Part shown: positions 19,700-30,546 of the stretch, one piece after another
Layout of the letters: every line of letters starts with the position of its first letter
Numbering within the stretch: the stretch's first letter is position 1
Program-made: the position numbers and the translations under genes
Assembly: GCA_000965745.1 (NCBI GenBank)
Contig: CP009479.1
Coordinates: forward strand, 704,001 to 768,000
DNA length: 64,000 bases
Origin: an uncultured archaeon
GTDB lineage: Archaea > Thermoplasmatota > Thermoplasmata > Thermoplasmatales > Thermoplasmataceae
Direction of reading: 5' to 3'
The notes under the pieces: model-generated
Databases searched by the model: none
The model's input: the letters and a program-made list of their open reading frames with translations, nothing else
What the model was told of the DNA's origin: nothing

Positions 19700-21310
19700 A
19701 TGAATAATTTTGATGTTAATCTTTATGGAAAAATAGCCAAAATAATATCCCTTCATATCCAGGGATTTTCAGTAAGAGAAATAACTCAAAAGACCGGCAA
19801 GGCAAAGAGCACAGTGCAGGACTACATCAATAGATGGCGTAGTCACCAGCTGTCAGCCCTCAGTGACGCCGTGCCACTCGAGGAGGAGCTTATCGAGCTA
19901 TCAAGATACACCAAGGAGAATGGCATCCCCCTAGAGAGTGTGAAAGAAGCCCTCACGCATCAGGGGATAGTCTCAGACCTCGGTATTGATTCAGAGCCAT
20001 ACTACAAGATACTTCTTTTCCTCAAGGACCAGCGGGAGCCTGTTGCAGTTATAAGTGAGCTGTTCTCGGTCATCCACGAGCTTGCATTGTCGGGGATAAC
20101 GCCTTCCAAGCTGGCTGAGGATGTGCGTGCTGCTAATGAAGGGATCAATGACGATAAGAAGCTTCTGAGAGATCTTCAGTCTGAGAACTCAAGGCTGACA
20201 GAGGAGAACGCGAAACGGAAGGAGGAGAACAGGAAAGGTATGGAAGAATACTCAGAACTCAAAGGCTGTATCCGGGAGAAGCAACAGTCCCTTAATGACA
20301 TTGAAAAAAGGCTACTGGATAAGAATGATACCGTTGAGAGGGTGACAAAACTTGAAGAATTCATGTCCAGGCATCACATAGAAGGTGAGGAGCTGATAAA
20401 ATTTTCAGACAATGCAAAGGCCATGGGATACGATGTCCGCCTCCTGTCCGGCATGAAGTACATGAACGTGGTGGGGGACAAGAATGGCCTAACTCATGAG
20501 GAGCTGGGGTCGCTTGTAGAGGACTGGAAATACCTGTCTAACCATGGTGTAAACAGCAGCGGAATAAGGCATATGGCCAATAAAATGAGGTCTTCGGGCG
20601 TCCAGGAATCCGACGTCGTGAAGAGATTCGTTGAATATTGCCGGAACATGGAGGCGCATGAAGATGAGCTGCGTGATGTCAATGGACAGGTTGCCACGGC
20701 ACGCAAAGAGCTGAAGAAACTAGAATGGGATAGAACTAGGGAGAAGGAGAAATGGGTGAAGGAGATTGCCACCCTGGACCTAGAGAAGAAAGAGTATGAG
20801 GGGGAGATAGAATCTTTGAAGGCCGAGCGCGACGAACTGTCCGACGCAATGGACTTTAGGAACAGCCAATACCAGGAGGCTGAGAATAGGGCCGCTGATG
20901 CCCTTGAGAGGCTAGGTGTAGTTTCCGATTACAGTAGGGGGATCTCAGACCTTCAGAAGAGGATTGAATCCCTTGAGAGTGAACGTGACAATCTAGTTTC
21001 AGGAAACCCCGAGCTAAAGAAGATTCGTGACGAATTAAACGATGGCATCACCCTCGGGAGGAGCATCAGGAAGGTCTTCAGGTCTGCTGGCTCAAATGCA
21101 GGATACCTTCTCGAGGGAGGCGCAAACATTCCGGAGGAGGAGGGCGTAATACATGTTTCCCTTAACAGCAATAAGAACAGGAAGGCGGCGAACGAGGTCT
21201 TCAAGATCCTGTTTGAAATAGTATCACGCTACGATGTAATCATTTCACATGGAGGGATTCCATCCGGTTTTCCTGAAAATGCTGAACTTCAGAAGCTTCA
21301 CAGCTGCTGA
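19700..21310 (+). CDS. N-terminal HTH + long coiled-coil protein of unknown function
   Basis: GFSVREITQKTGKAKSTVQDYI HTH followed by two E/K/L-rich heptad regions. Confidence 0.8.
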   Translation: MNNFDVNLYGKIAKIISLHIQGFSVREITQKTGKAKSTVQDYINRWRSHQLSALSDAVPLEEELIELSRYTKENGIPLESVKEALTHQGIVSDLGIDSEPYYKILLFLKDQREPVAVISELFSVIHELALSGITPSKLAEDVRAANEGINDDKKLLRDLQSENSRLTEENAKRKEENRKGMEEYSELKGCIREKQQSLNDIEKRLLDKNDTVERVTKLEEFMSRHHIEGEELIKFSDNAKAMGYDVRLLSGMKYMNVVGDKNGLTHEELGSLVEDWKYLSNHGVNSSGIRHMANKMRSSGVQESDVVKRFVEYCRNMEAHEDELRDVNGQVATARKELKKLEWDRTREKEKWVKEIATLDLEKKEYEGEIESLKAERDELSDAMDFRNSQYQEAENRAADALERLGVVSDYSRGISDLQKRIESLESERDNLVSGNPELKKIRDELNDGITLGRSIRKVFRSAGSNAGYLLEGGANIPEEEGVIHVSLNSNKNRKAANEVFKILFEIVSRYDVIISHGGIPSGFPENAELQKLHSC

Positions 21311-21346
21311 AAGGATGCGGATAAGCTTGAGGAGACTCTTGAAGAA

Positions 21347-21745
21347 ATGTCTGGAGACAGTATCACGATAATAATGAGGATAATGAACACATCTGATTCA
21401 GTGCCGGAGTGGTTCCGCCCAGCGATGGATCAGGCTGGTCGGAGGACCTTAGAAGAAAACATCAGAAAGAAGGCGAGTAAGGCATTTGAAAGACAAATCG
21501 ATGAAGGCATGATTACGGTTGCAGGAGGCGGCACCATTAGTATTCATGATAAATTTAACGTAGAGTACCCTACAGAAGAAGACACCCCAGTATCTATCGC
21601 CATGGTCTCTGTGTCCTCGGTACCGCAGTCACTCAAGAACGGTCGTGATTATGTGGAAGCCATCACTCCATCTGAGATCAGGATAGAGTTGTGCAACGCA
21701 ATCATATCCATGATGAGATTGTGGCTGAAATTTCAGAGTAACTGA
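21347..21745 (+). CDS. Hypothetical protein; in-frame continuation of 19700-21310
   Basis: Same frame as the upstream ORF; only the TGA at 21308-21310 separates them. Confidence 0.6.
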   Translation: MSGDSITIIMRIMNTSDSVPEWFRPAMDQAGRRTLEENIRKKASKAFERQIDEGMITVAGGGTISIHDKFNVEYPTEEDTPVSIAMVSVSSVPQSLKNGRDYVEAITPSEIRIELCNAIISMMRLWLKFQSN

Positions 21746-21932
21746 AGCATCAGGGTGGAGCAATATCGGGCTGAATCATGTTCTCACAAGGCATCGTTAT
21801 CTCAGAAGTGCAGGAGTAGCGGCGTAAGAACGATTGTCCCACTCTTGCTCTATCAGAACCAGCCCGTCCGCCTTTTGTTGAAGTTCAATGTGCAGTTCCG
21901 AGCGTGAACCGTTGAGAAATGTAGGTGTAAAA

Positions 21933-22169
21933 CTACGCCTCATTGTATCGAGTACCGTTCAAGACCATACAGTCAAACCTGACCACGCAGAATGGCTCAT
22001 CTTCTTCACATAAGTAGAATTTTGCCGTTTCATTTTCAATGCTGTAGCTTTCAAACTGGTACTCCTCGGTGTATTCATTACCACCAGCAATATGGTACTC
22101 CAATGCGATGTAGGAGATGTCCTCAACCTTGAACCTACCTTCATACTTTGAGATAGTGAGGTTTATCAT
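21933..22169 (-). CDS. Small acidic hypothetical protein
   Basis: 78-aa ORF with plausible composition and GGTAA upstream. Confidence 0.5.
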   Translation of the reverse strand: MINLTISKYEGRFKVEDISYIALEYHIAGGNEYTEEYQFESYSIENETAKFYLCEEDEPFCVVRFDCMVLNGTRYNEA

Positions 22170-22266
22170 TTTTACCAGATAATTGTACCCGTAGATGCTT
22201 CATTACATTATCCGTGAGGGTGAAAAATGAGGAATGACATGGTTCAGTCCCTTAACCTATAAGATT

Positions 22267-23625
22267 TTAATTTCCTGGAACAATAAAATCTTCATTTCCG
22301 GTAAAAATAGACATTTCTTCTAGGAGGTCTGATGATGCTTCCCTGCGTTCTTTGGGACTGGTAGCTATTCCGTCAACTTCAAATTCTTCAACTATCCCTC
22401 TTGTTCCATCCACAACAAGCTTGATCCCATTCTTTAGCACTGCCTTCCTCTTGACGTTGAGGTCCTCAACGTTATCAATCCGTCCATCTGTTACACGGGA
22501 CAGGCCGTCATGTCCAGAACCAAATTCTTCAGAGAATACGACATCTCTTGAAGGAAATGGGATCTTATTACCATTTGACCAAACAGTCAAAAAATCGCGC
22601 ATATCTATTGTAGTCTGATATCCATTTTCTACTTTGAATTTCTTGGACTGAGGGTACTTTATCATTAGTGGGATATTTATTAGAGTGTTATGCAGGAATA
22701 CTCCGTGACCCACAAACTTATTCTCTTTTAATGCCTCACCATGGTCGGAAGTAATCACCAGCAGCGTGTCATCATACAGGTCTTTCTCTTCCAACTTTCG
22801 GACGAGCTTAGACAATTGGGTGTCCATCACTTGGACAGAGTTATGGTAACTTCTCCTATATCTTTGAACTTCTTTACCTTTGAAGGGTCTATCTCCAGTA
22901 TAGTCCTCTATGGTCCTCTTGGTGAGTTTTCTTTCCCATAGCAAAACATTGGAAGGGAGTCTGTCGTGAGGCCCGTGCGACTCCATGAAATTCATGAAGA
23001 CAAAGGATGGTGAGTTTTTGAGATAGGTAGTAGCAGTTTCGACAATATCAGTCCCACCCTTATCCACTGGAAAATTCTTCGCTTTCAATTGTTTTCTAAG
23101 GCTACTGTTGATGGAGAGGATTTTCCTTATTTCGTCAAATTTAAGATTTAAGATAAGGTGCTTCAACGCAGCGCTAGTTTGAGTATCCACATCTCCCAGG
23201 ATATCTTTAATAGATTTCCCGGCTGCAGATATCCACTCGAATGGACCTATCGACAGGCAGTTGTCAAATCCGACATCGAAGCCACTACCTCCTGAAAGGA
23301 GAACATTCGCATGAAGTGAAGTGGTCTCATAACCAGCTGAATACATCCTCTCTGGAAGTGTGTCCTTCATACTATGTGCCCTATCCATGCTCTCCATTAC
23401 ACCTTCTTCCTGCCTTCTGTGGACTCCATGTTCGGAGGGGTATAGTCCAGAAAATATAGACGCATGGGATGGTACTGTCCAAGACGCCGGGGAAATGGCG
23501 TTATCATACAGTACACCATCGTTCGCAATCTTCTTGAAGGCCACAGTACTGTTAATCTGATCGTAGAGTGTGCTCCTCCGCAATGTATCAAGCACAACGA
23601 GAACTATGTTTGGCGGTTCTGTCAC
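22267..23625 (-). CDS. Sulfatase-like hydrolase/transferase (alkaline phosphatase superfamily)
   Basis: NIVLVVLDTLR, WTVPSHASIFSGLYP and ITSDHGE motifs. Confidence 0.88.
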   Translation of the reverse strand: MTEPPNIVLVVLDTLRRSTLYDQINSTVAFKKIANDGVLYDNAISPASWTVPSHASIFSGLYPSEHGVHRRQEEGVMESMDRAHSMKDTLPERMYSAGYETTSLHANVLLSGGSGFDVGFDNCLSIGPFEWISAAGKSIKDILGDVDTQTSAALKHLILNLKFDEIRKILSINSSLRKQLKAKNFPVDKGGTDIVETATTYLKNSPSFVFMNFMESHGPHDRLPSNVLLWERKLTKRTIEDYTGDRPFKGKEVQRYRRSYHNSVQVMDTQLSKLVRKLEEKDLYDDTLLVITSDHGEALKENKFVGHGVFLHNTLINIPLMIKYPQSKKFKVENGYQTTIDMRDFLTVWSNGNKIPFPSRDVVFSEEFGSGHDGLSRVTDGRIDNVEDLNVKRKAVLKNGIKLVVDGTRGIVEEFEVDGIATSPKERREASSDLLEEMSIFTGNEDFIVPGN

Positions 23626-24425
23626 ATGTATCCCAAAGCCCGCAGCTTTTCCATCATTCCTTCTTTATCTTGTGATCTGCCAGCCCTTTCCTTTGTTTGG
23701 TCGAGATCCTGCTCCCATGCTGGCTTATCAGAGACCTTCTTTGAATCATGTATCCCATCTATTGAGCGGTAACCTTCGTAATATTTAGGGTGTATGGGCA
23801 ACTTGTTCTTGAAAATGTAATCCCAGATATCCTTCTCAAGCATGGGCAATATTGGCTGAACTCGTACATGGGGTGGCTCATCCCGTGGTGATATGAACAC
23901 CTCACTGCCCCTCGCATCGTTTTCGTCCCACCTAACCCCAGTCAAAAGTGCATCGAATCTGTACCTCTTTATTGTGTTGTTCATAGCGACGGTCTTCAAT
24001 AGGTGGTTTCCCACGTCAGTTTCCAGAGAGTACTCAAATTCACCTCCTTCGAAGCCTATCCTCTTGACCTCTAGCTTGTTTTCCTCATTAAGATCTGCAA
24101 CTTCAATGCTGCCATCCTTAAGACTTTTCAACAGGTCATCATTCCTTGCAAATATTATTTTGAAATTCCAGTCTCGGCTGACCTTATTCAAGATTTCAAG
24201 AGTCTCAGGATAATGGTCACCGTGGTCGATGAATAGAGAGGGCGGCATCTTCATACCTCTGGACTCACAGACAGATCGCACAAGATTCAACACCACAGTG
24301 CTATCCTTTCCGCCACTCCAAACAACAACGGGCCTTCTGTAATGTGAGAATGCGTCTTCAATAACAGCTTCAGCAATTGAGACCTTCGCATCAAGGCTCA
24401 ACAGTAATTCCCTTTTTTCGGTCAT
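23622..24425 (-). CDS. cysD: PAPS-reductase-family protein, CysD-like sulfate adenylyltransferase subunit
   Basis: WSGGKDS, GVRWDE and GYRSI motifs; C-terminal ERAGRSQDKEGMMEKLRALGYM is CysD-type. Confidence 0.75.
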   Translation of the reverse strand: MTEKRELLLSLDAKVSIAEAVIEDAFSHYRRPVVVWSGGKDSTVVLNLVRSVCESRGMKMPPSLFIDHGDHYPETLEILNKVSRDWNFKIIFARNDDLLKSLKDGSIEVADLNEENKLEVKRIGFEGGEFEYSLETDVGNHLLKTVAMNNTIKRYRFDALLTGVRWDENDARGSEVFISPRDEPPHVRVQPILPMLEKDIWDYIFKNKLPIHPKYYEGYRSIDGIHDSKKVSDKPAWEQDLDQTKERAGRSQDKEGMMEKLRALGYM

Positions 24426-24489
24426 TCTAAATCCTTAAGGTAGCAAATATAAAAAATTATTTCTGAAGGACGTGTGGTGTTGAAAATCC

Positions 24490-25518
24490 ATGGTAACGAG
24501 AATTTTTAATGGTAGTAAACGTTTATCTACCCGTCTCATGGAAACTTTAGAACAAGTAAATATACGGAGCAGGAGTCCTAGGGTCGTCGTGCTAGTGCTA
24601 AACTGGAACGGCCTTCTGATAAAGTACCAAGATGAACCCATCCTGAAGCAATGTCTGGATAATCTACGCAGCACCAACTACTCCAATCTTGATGTCGTTC
24701 TCGTGGATGCTTCGAGTAGTGACGGATCGAAGGAATATGTAGAACAAAACTTCGAAACAGTACATGTTCTTACTGTAGACAATATCAGTTGGTCCTATAA
24801 CAATAACAGAGGTTTAGAGCACATTTTCGGTAACTTTCCAGATGCCGAATACGTAGTGATGATGAGTAATGACATCATCGCCTATGACAGAAATTGGTTG
24901 AGCAGATTTCTGGACCCCATAGAAGGAAATGATTCCATTGGTATAGCAAGTTGCAAGCTGGTAGATACCGAAGGGCGGACCCAATACACGGGACTTAGGC
25001 TCGCAAAATATGGCGGGTTTGAACCCGTAACTTCCAGAGGAACTGGATTCATCTCTGGGGATGGCTACATTGTTGGAGCATTCTTTTTGATGAATGCGAG
25101 AATGCTCAGAAAAATTGGCTTTTTAGATGAGAGTTATGTTATGATGGGATCGGAGGATACTGATATCTGCGAGAGAGCTAGATTAGCTGGTTACAAGATT
25201 TTTTATGAAGATGATGTGGTTCTGTCACATATCGGGAGTGCTTCCACGTTCTCTTTATCCGATGAGATTGAAGGTAGATGGGACCTTAAGGAACTGAAAT
25301 TCAACATGCGGGTGAACAACTATGTTTTCCTTTTAAGATGGAGAAAAAGCCGGGTACCTTTTTTTCTCCTCTACGACGCTGCAAGCACTATAATCCGGAT
25401 TAAACCTAAAATTCATTTGAATAGGCCACTGTTTTCTGGAATAGTCGAGTCCTTTACATCACTACTTCGAGCTGTACAACTTTATAGGACGACGAAAATT
25501 AAGTTTCCTAAGAACTGA
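24490..25518 (+). CDS. Glycosyltransferase family 2
   Basis: VLVLNWNG, VDASSSDGS and GFLDE...EDTDIC motifs. Confidence 0.88.
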   Translation: MVTRIFNGSKRLSTRLMETLEQVNIRSRSPRVVVLVLNWNGLLIKYQDEPILKQCLDNLRSTNYSNLDVVLVDASSSDGSKEYVEQNFETVHVLTVDNISWSYNNNRGLEHIFGNFPDAEYVVMMSNDIIAYDRNWLSRFLDPIEGNDSIGIASCKLVDTEGRTQYTGLRLAKYGGFEPVTSRGTGFISGDGYIVGAFFLMNARMLRKIGFLDESYVMMGSEDTDICERARLAGYKIFYEDDVVLSHIGSASTFSLSDEIEGRWDLKELKFNMRVNNYVFLLRWRKSRVPFFLLYDAASTIIRIKPKIHLNRPLFSGIVESFTSLLRAVQLYRTTKIKFPKN

Positions 25519-25523
25519 TTGAA

Positions 25524-26267
25524 ATGGAAAAACGTTCATTTGAAATCAACGCTGCAGTTATTTTGGCAGCTGGAAGAGGAAAAAGACTTGAATCACCCTA
25601 CAAAGACTTGCTTCCTAAACCCTTAATTCCGGTAAGGGATAGGCCAATACTCAGTTACGTTATAGATAACATTGTTAGTCTTGGCATCAGTAGAGTTTTT
25701 GTCGTTGTAAATTACAAAGAGCATTTGATCAAAGAATTTATTGAAAATGCATACCCCCATCTGAATGTAACCTTCATAAGACAGGATAAACTTGGTGGAA
25801 TTGCAGAAGCCATACTCCTGACTGAGCCATATCTGCCCAAAGAGCCTTTTATGGTTCATCTAGGCGACGAAATAGATATTGCGGAAAACCTCGGAGAACT
25901 CCTTGAAGTATTTGATGAGAGGAAGGCAAAGGCCGTAACTGGAACGGTGTGTGAAGACGATATGGATGTGATAAAGAGGACGTGCGAACTAAAATTTGAT
26001 CGCGACCTCAAAATAGAGTACATATCCGAAAAGCCCAAAGAACCTATTTCTTCTTATCGTGGAACAGGAGTTTACATTTTTTCTCGTGACATATTTGCCT
26101 ACATTCGTAGAACCCCGGTTTCAGAAAAAAGAAACGAAAAAGAAATCACAGACACCATTGGGATTCTGGCAAGTGAAAACTTTGCGTATGCAGTTCCATT
26201 AAAGGGGAAAAGCTACAATATAAATACAAAGAGTGACTTAATGCGTGCCAAGACTGAGATAACCTGA
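25524..26267 (+). CDS. Sugar-1-phosphate nucleotidyltransferase
   Basis: AVILAAGRGKRL, PKPLIP and EKP motifs. Confidence 0.9.
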   Translation: MEKRSFEINAAVILAAGRGKRLESPYKDLLPKPLIPVRDRPILSYVIDNIVSLGISRVFVVVNYKEHLIKEFIENAYPHLNVTFIRQDKLGGIAEAILLTEPYLPKEPFMVHLGDEIDIAENLGELLEVFDERKAKAVTGTVCEDDMDVIKRTCELKFDRDLKIEYISEKPKEPISSYRGTGVYIFSRDIFAYIRRTPVSEKRNEKEITDTIGILASENFAYAVPLKGKSYNINTKSDLMRAKTEIT

Positions 26268-26282
26268 TAATTTTGGTGCGGA

Positions 26283-27458
26283 ATGATGAACCAGCGCGAT
26301 AAACTAAAGATATCAATAGCCATAAACTCAAATCTCTTACTGGGTGGCGGGGGGGAAAGGACTTTAATAAATTACATCCTCTCAATCCCTGAAAGTTATT
26401 TCGAAATTTTTGATATTCAAATTCTTCAAACAGGTTATTATGACAGGATCAGGCTCAATAGAAGCATAATTGATGACCTCAGGGAAAAAGTGACAATATT
26501 GGACTTTCCTGACTATGAGGAGAGACTAAAAAGGTACAAGGATAGGAACAGTCTATTTTCCATAATCTTGTACCGCGCGTTTCTGCAAAGAATACTAGAA
26601 AGAGGTACAGTTAAACGCCTTAAGAGTCAACTATCAGATAGCGATATAGTCTATCTGTTCCATAACGGGTTCAGCAAATATGTGAGTTCGAATAAAACCG
26701 TCGTTATTGGAACACTGCATGAATGGCAACCAAATACACTATCTTTAGCCGGAAGAATTCAAAATTTTCTTGTGGGGCATAATCTCGTATGGAGAAGAGT
26801 CAACATCTTCCATGCCACCACGCAAAGGGGATTTGAATATCTGCCCAAATGTAAGAAAGAAAATAGTTTTGTCCTTAGAAGCGGCATAGATACGGAGAAT
26901 TTTTGTCTTTTGACTGACGAATCAAACCAACCTCAAATAAAAGTGCTTTATGTCGGGAGAATGCTCCCATGCAAAGGGGCGAATATAGTATTGAAAGCCG
27001 TCAATATGTTGAGGAACTCTGTGGACGTAGAGCTAACAGTGATAGGTTCCGGAGAGATGGAGCAACTTCTGGAACAAGGAAGGTATAACTGGGTAAAACA
27101 CTACCCAAACGTTTCAATACTCGAGCTTGTTAGTTATTACAATTCTTCTGACATTTTCCTTTTTCCATCTCAGTGTGATAATTTTGGCCTTGTCGTCCTT
27201 GAATCTGTAGCATGCGGCTGCTATCCGATACTGGATGAATCGATGAAAGGATTTTTCCCGGACTTAGAAGAACGTGGATATCTTCATTTTGCGAGCCACA
27301 ACTCCGAGGCTGTCTTCAACCGGCTTAAGGAGGCTGCCGATAATATAGGCGCCATAAGAGCAACGAGGGGGGAGGCCTCCGAATACGTGAGAGAACATTA
27401 TAGTTGGAGTAATGTTACCAATGAACTTCTTGGCCAAATAGTATCAAGAATCAACTAA
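26283..27458 (+). CDS. Glycosyltransferase family 4
   Basis: GGGE, LYVGR and DNFGLVVLESVACG motifs. Confidence 0.88.
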   Translation: MMNQRDKLKISIAINSNLLLGGGGERTLINYILSIPESYFEIFDIQILQTGYYDRIRLNRSIIDDLREKVTILDFPDYEERLKRYKDRNSLFSIILYRAFLQRILERGTVKRLKSQLSDSDIVYLFHNGFSKYVSSNKTVVIGTLHEWQPNTLSLAGRIQNFLVGHNLVWRRVNIFHATTQRGFEYLPKCKKENSFVLRSGIDTENFCLLTDESNQPQIKVLYVGRMLPCKGANIVLKAVNMLRNSVDVELTVIGSGEMEQLLEQGRYNWVKHYPNVSILELVSYYNSSDIFLFPSQCDNFGLVVLESVACGCYPILDESMKGFFPDLEERGYLHFASHNSEAVFNRLKEAADNIGAIRATRGEASEYVREHYSWSNVTNELLGQIVSRIN

Positions 27459-29341
27459 ACAAACTTTTCCAATGCTGCGGAGTTAACCTTGTACAGGGTC
27501 AGCTCCTTGTACGACTTCACTTCTTGGGTTACATTGTGATCTGACAAGAAATGAATGGCAGTGTGAACATAGGTTTCGGAAGACGATGGTTCATTAATAT
27601 ATTCGTCGACTAAAATATAACTCACATTGTTTTTGATCATCAGATTCGCCCAGTTAGAGCTAACCTCAATAGTGTTGTTCACGTTGACAACTGGATGTGT
27701 TATGTTGAAGTACACGTTCTTGTTTGCGGATGAAATGTAATCACCACCGTAGTTAAACTGGTTAATCAGCTTAACTGGGGAGAAGTAGAGCTGATAAAAA
27801 GATGCGGAACCTGTATAGTTCCAAGCAGTGCTCAAGTATGTCCCTGTCTGTGGTAACAATAGCACTGGTCCATTCTTGGGGATAAGATACGACCTTGCAG
27901 AAGAATAGCCTGCCGGAACATGAAATGTAGTGTTTATGGAAGAGTTGTATGGTTGAGTTTCAGCCTCTCCCGTAAATATTGGCAACATAGAGAAAGATAG
28001 AAGAGCGACTATCACAGCTATCACGGAAAACTTCATGTATCCCCTTCTTTTGAATGATTTTATCCTCCGAGCCCCCCATCCAGATATGAACACAACTGCG
28101 AAAGCTACAAAAGGATAGTAAATCAGTTCAATGTAGAAACTGAAGGAATTCGGCGGAATGAATTGATACCCTTGAGGTGGAAAAGAATTGATGTCCCACC
28201 ACAAGCTTCCCAATGGAGGATTTCCACCCTTATACCAGAAAAACATGATGACTGCTGGCAGCAAGAGTGATGGCAGAACAAGGTTCTTCCTATTCTTAAA
28301 AACAACAGCGAATGATACGATGAATAGAAATGGCCATAGATAAGAGGCTAGGGCAATTGGATTACTCCCGATGTAGAGGACGTGATATGAAGTGTAGGGA
28401 AACAACCAGTTTCCAAATAATCTCAGTGAGTTGTGAATCGTATTAAACTCCCCCGTGTAAAAACCTAAGTATGCATTAGCTGAAGCGCCTGAATCTGCAA
28501 CTCCCATATAGAACGATAAGTTTCTAAAGACGGGGAGAAAGGAATAAAAAGAGAAGATGGAGATTGATATGATTGAGGCTGCAAATTTTTTTGCTGCAGC
28601 CCAAGACCAACCCCGTTCTTTCGGGAATCTCAACTTCCTGACAAGAGCAGACGATAAATATATCATAACGAAGATAAGAGTTTGAATGACTGCTATTCTA
28701 ATGTTATTTGGAAATTTAGGGAGTGATAATGCAAAGCCGACTCCCATAAGAATAAGTGACGGAACCATCCCTAGCAGCGCTCTGCGGTCTGACCTGATCA
28801 CCATGACGGTTCCGATGAAGAATAGCACGGTGAATATCAGATGTGGGCTCACAATATTTCCGGCGAATGAGTATCTGGCTTCTGTTATTGACGAAGGGCC
28901 AACTACATAGAAGAATGAAGAAATTACAGACGCGATTCTAGTGTTTCTTGGGGAAAGTGCATCGAATACAATCAGTCTGGTTAAGTTATAGAAAAGGAAT
29001 AGTATCATAAACATTATCAGAAAAAGTGCAATGTAGTCACCAGCATAAAAGTTGAACCCTCCCAAAACGTTTCCAATGAAGTAAAAGAAAGAGGCAGTGG
29101 TTGGATCTAGGGTAAAATCGTAAACGTTGTAGAAACCAGCGTTATCTCCACCAAAGAATAATCTTCCATGACTGAAAAAAAGCATAAGACCAATGTAGAA
29201 CAGAGATAGAGAGACTGATGAAAGTGTAGCGTTTATCAGTGTTCTCTTGTCTAGTTTGAAATCCTCTTTGATAAAGGTTGAGATGCTGCTTTTAAAACTG
29301 TCGATAGACTTACTTTTAGACTGCATTTTGTTCTCCTTCAA
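27455..29341 (-). CDS. Polytopic membrane protein, probable GT-C-type glycosyltransferase
   Basis: About 12 TM segments; KGGNPPLG and VLLLP motifs; glycan-locus context. Confidence 0.6.
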   Translation of the reverse strand: MKENKMQSKSKSIDSFKSSISTFIKEDFKLDKRTLINATLSSVSLSLFYIGLMLFFSHGRLFFGGDNAGFYNVYDFTLDPTTASFFYFIGNVLGGFNFYAGDYIALFLIMFMILFLFYNLTRLIVFDALSPRNTRIASVISSFFYVVGPSSITEARYSFAGNIVSPHLIFTVLFFIGTVMVIRSDRRALLGMVPSLILMGVGFALSLPKFPNNIRIAVIQTLIFVMIYLSSALVRKLRFPKERGWSWAAAKKFAASIISISIFSFYSFLPVFRNLSFYMGVADSGASANAYLGFYTGEFNTIHNSLRLFGNWLFPYTSYHVLYIGSNPIALASYLWPFLFIVSFAVVFKNRKNLVLPSLLLPAVIMFFWYKGGNPPLGSLWWDINSFPPQGYQFIPPNSFSFYIELIYYPFVAFAVVFISGWGARRIKSFKRRGYMKFSVIAVIVALLSFSMLPIFTGEAETQPYNSSINTTFHVPAGYSSARSYLIPKNGPVLLLPQTGTYLSTAWNYTGSASFYQLYFSPVKLINQFNYGGDYISSANKNVYFNITHPVVNVNNTIEVSSNWANLMIKNNVSYILVDEYINEPSSSETYVHTAIHFLSDHNVTQEVKSYKELTLYKVNSAALEKFV

Positions 29342-29454
29342 TCGGCTTCTTCTACTACTTTGGAAGTAATTGATGCCAGATCAAACACTTCTAATCAGTA
29401 TCCGAATGGGCTTCTGTCAAGCTGCTAAATTCATAGAGTGGAGTGTTTTGTCCT

Positions 29455-30546
29455 TCATTCGGACCCTCGTTCACAACCCTTGATGAACATATCCAATATA
29501 CTTTCCATGATCTTTTCCTTATCGTACTTTCGAAATGCTTCTGACTGTATCCTTTTCTTAACATCAAAGTAATTTCCCCTATCCTGTGACCATTTTTTAT
29601 GATGTTTTCGTATTTCAGATTCAATATCAGTTACATTGGGTTTACACTCCGTTATTCCATAAGTTTGGAAAGAGGCTTTTGCGAATTTCCAGGTCGTAAC
29701 AATTGGCAAACCACATGATAAGGCTTCGAGCATAACAAACGGAAAGACGTCTCGGCTCGAAAGAAAGATGAGTAGAGAGGAATTTTGAAGAATTTTGAAC
29801 TTCTCGTACTCTCCCACCCTACCTAAAACCCTTATGTTTGAAACTTTAGACAATGAATTCATTATTGGAATGTAACTCTGAGGAACAGAACCCGCTATGT
29901 CTATGTAAAAACCAGGCTTCTCCTTAAAGAGATTGGATATCTTGATAAGTACGTCTGCACCCTTTCTCTTTTCCACTCTACCTAAAAAGACTATCCTGAA
30001 TTCGTTGGTGTCCATTACATTGCATTTAGCACCGGGGATGAAATTTGGAACAGTAAAAAACCTTTCTTTCGGAAGATTGAATTTACCTTCTACCACCTTG
30101 CTCAGAGCGTGGACAGATAACATTGCCCCCGACACTCTCATGGCAAGTCTAGAAATTGTCTGGAATGAATCTATCCCTAGTTTTCTATTTGAAAGAAAAG
30201 CATCGTGTGTACCGACTATCAACTTGGTCTTGCATTTCATGAGAATTCTGATAGGCTGCATTGAGGTGGTGTATACGATGTCAAAGTTGTCGAGTTCTCT
30301 GTTGTATGGTATCATAGGAGGAAAGAAGTTTAACTTATTAATGTGTTTGAGAAAATTATAAATAAGCGATTTGTAAGCTTTAACGCCGTGATCTCTGGCA
30401 ATTCTCACATCTTCTTCTGAAACCTCAGGCAAAAAGAATGTGACTTTCCATCCTTTTCTTCTTAACCGATCAGCTACCTCGACTGACCAGACCTCAGCAC
30501 CTCCTCTGAATGATAATGGTCCGGGGAGCACAATCGCAACTTTCAT
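29455..30546 (-). CDS. Glycosyltransferase family 4
   Basis: GGAE, FLGRVEKRKG and MLEALSCGLP motifs. Confidence 0.88.
   Translation of the reverse strand: MKVAIVLPGPLSFRGGAEVWSVEVADRLRRKGWKVTFFLPEVSEEDVRIARDHGVKAYKSLIYNFLKHINKLNFFPPMIPYNRELDNFDIVYTTSMQPIRILMKCKTKLIVGTHDAFLSNRKLGIDSFQTISRLAMRVSGAMLSVHALSKVVEGKFNLPKERFFTVPNFIPGAKCNVMDTNEFRIVFLGRVEKRKGADVLIKISNLFKEKPGFYIDIAGSVPQSYIPIMNSLSKVSNIRVLGRVGEYEKFKILQNSSLLIFLSSRDVFPFVMLEALSCGLPIVTTWKFAKASFQTYGITECKPNVTDIESEIRKHHKKWSQDRGNYFDVKKRIQSEAFRKYDKEKIMESILDMFIKGCERGSE

Noticed and set aside
21308-21310. Selenocysteine recoding of the in-frame TGA
   Set aside because: No SECIS-like element was recognised, and the protein does not look like a redox enzyme.
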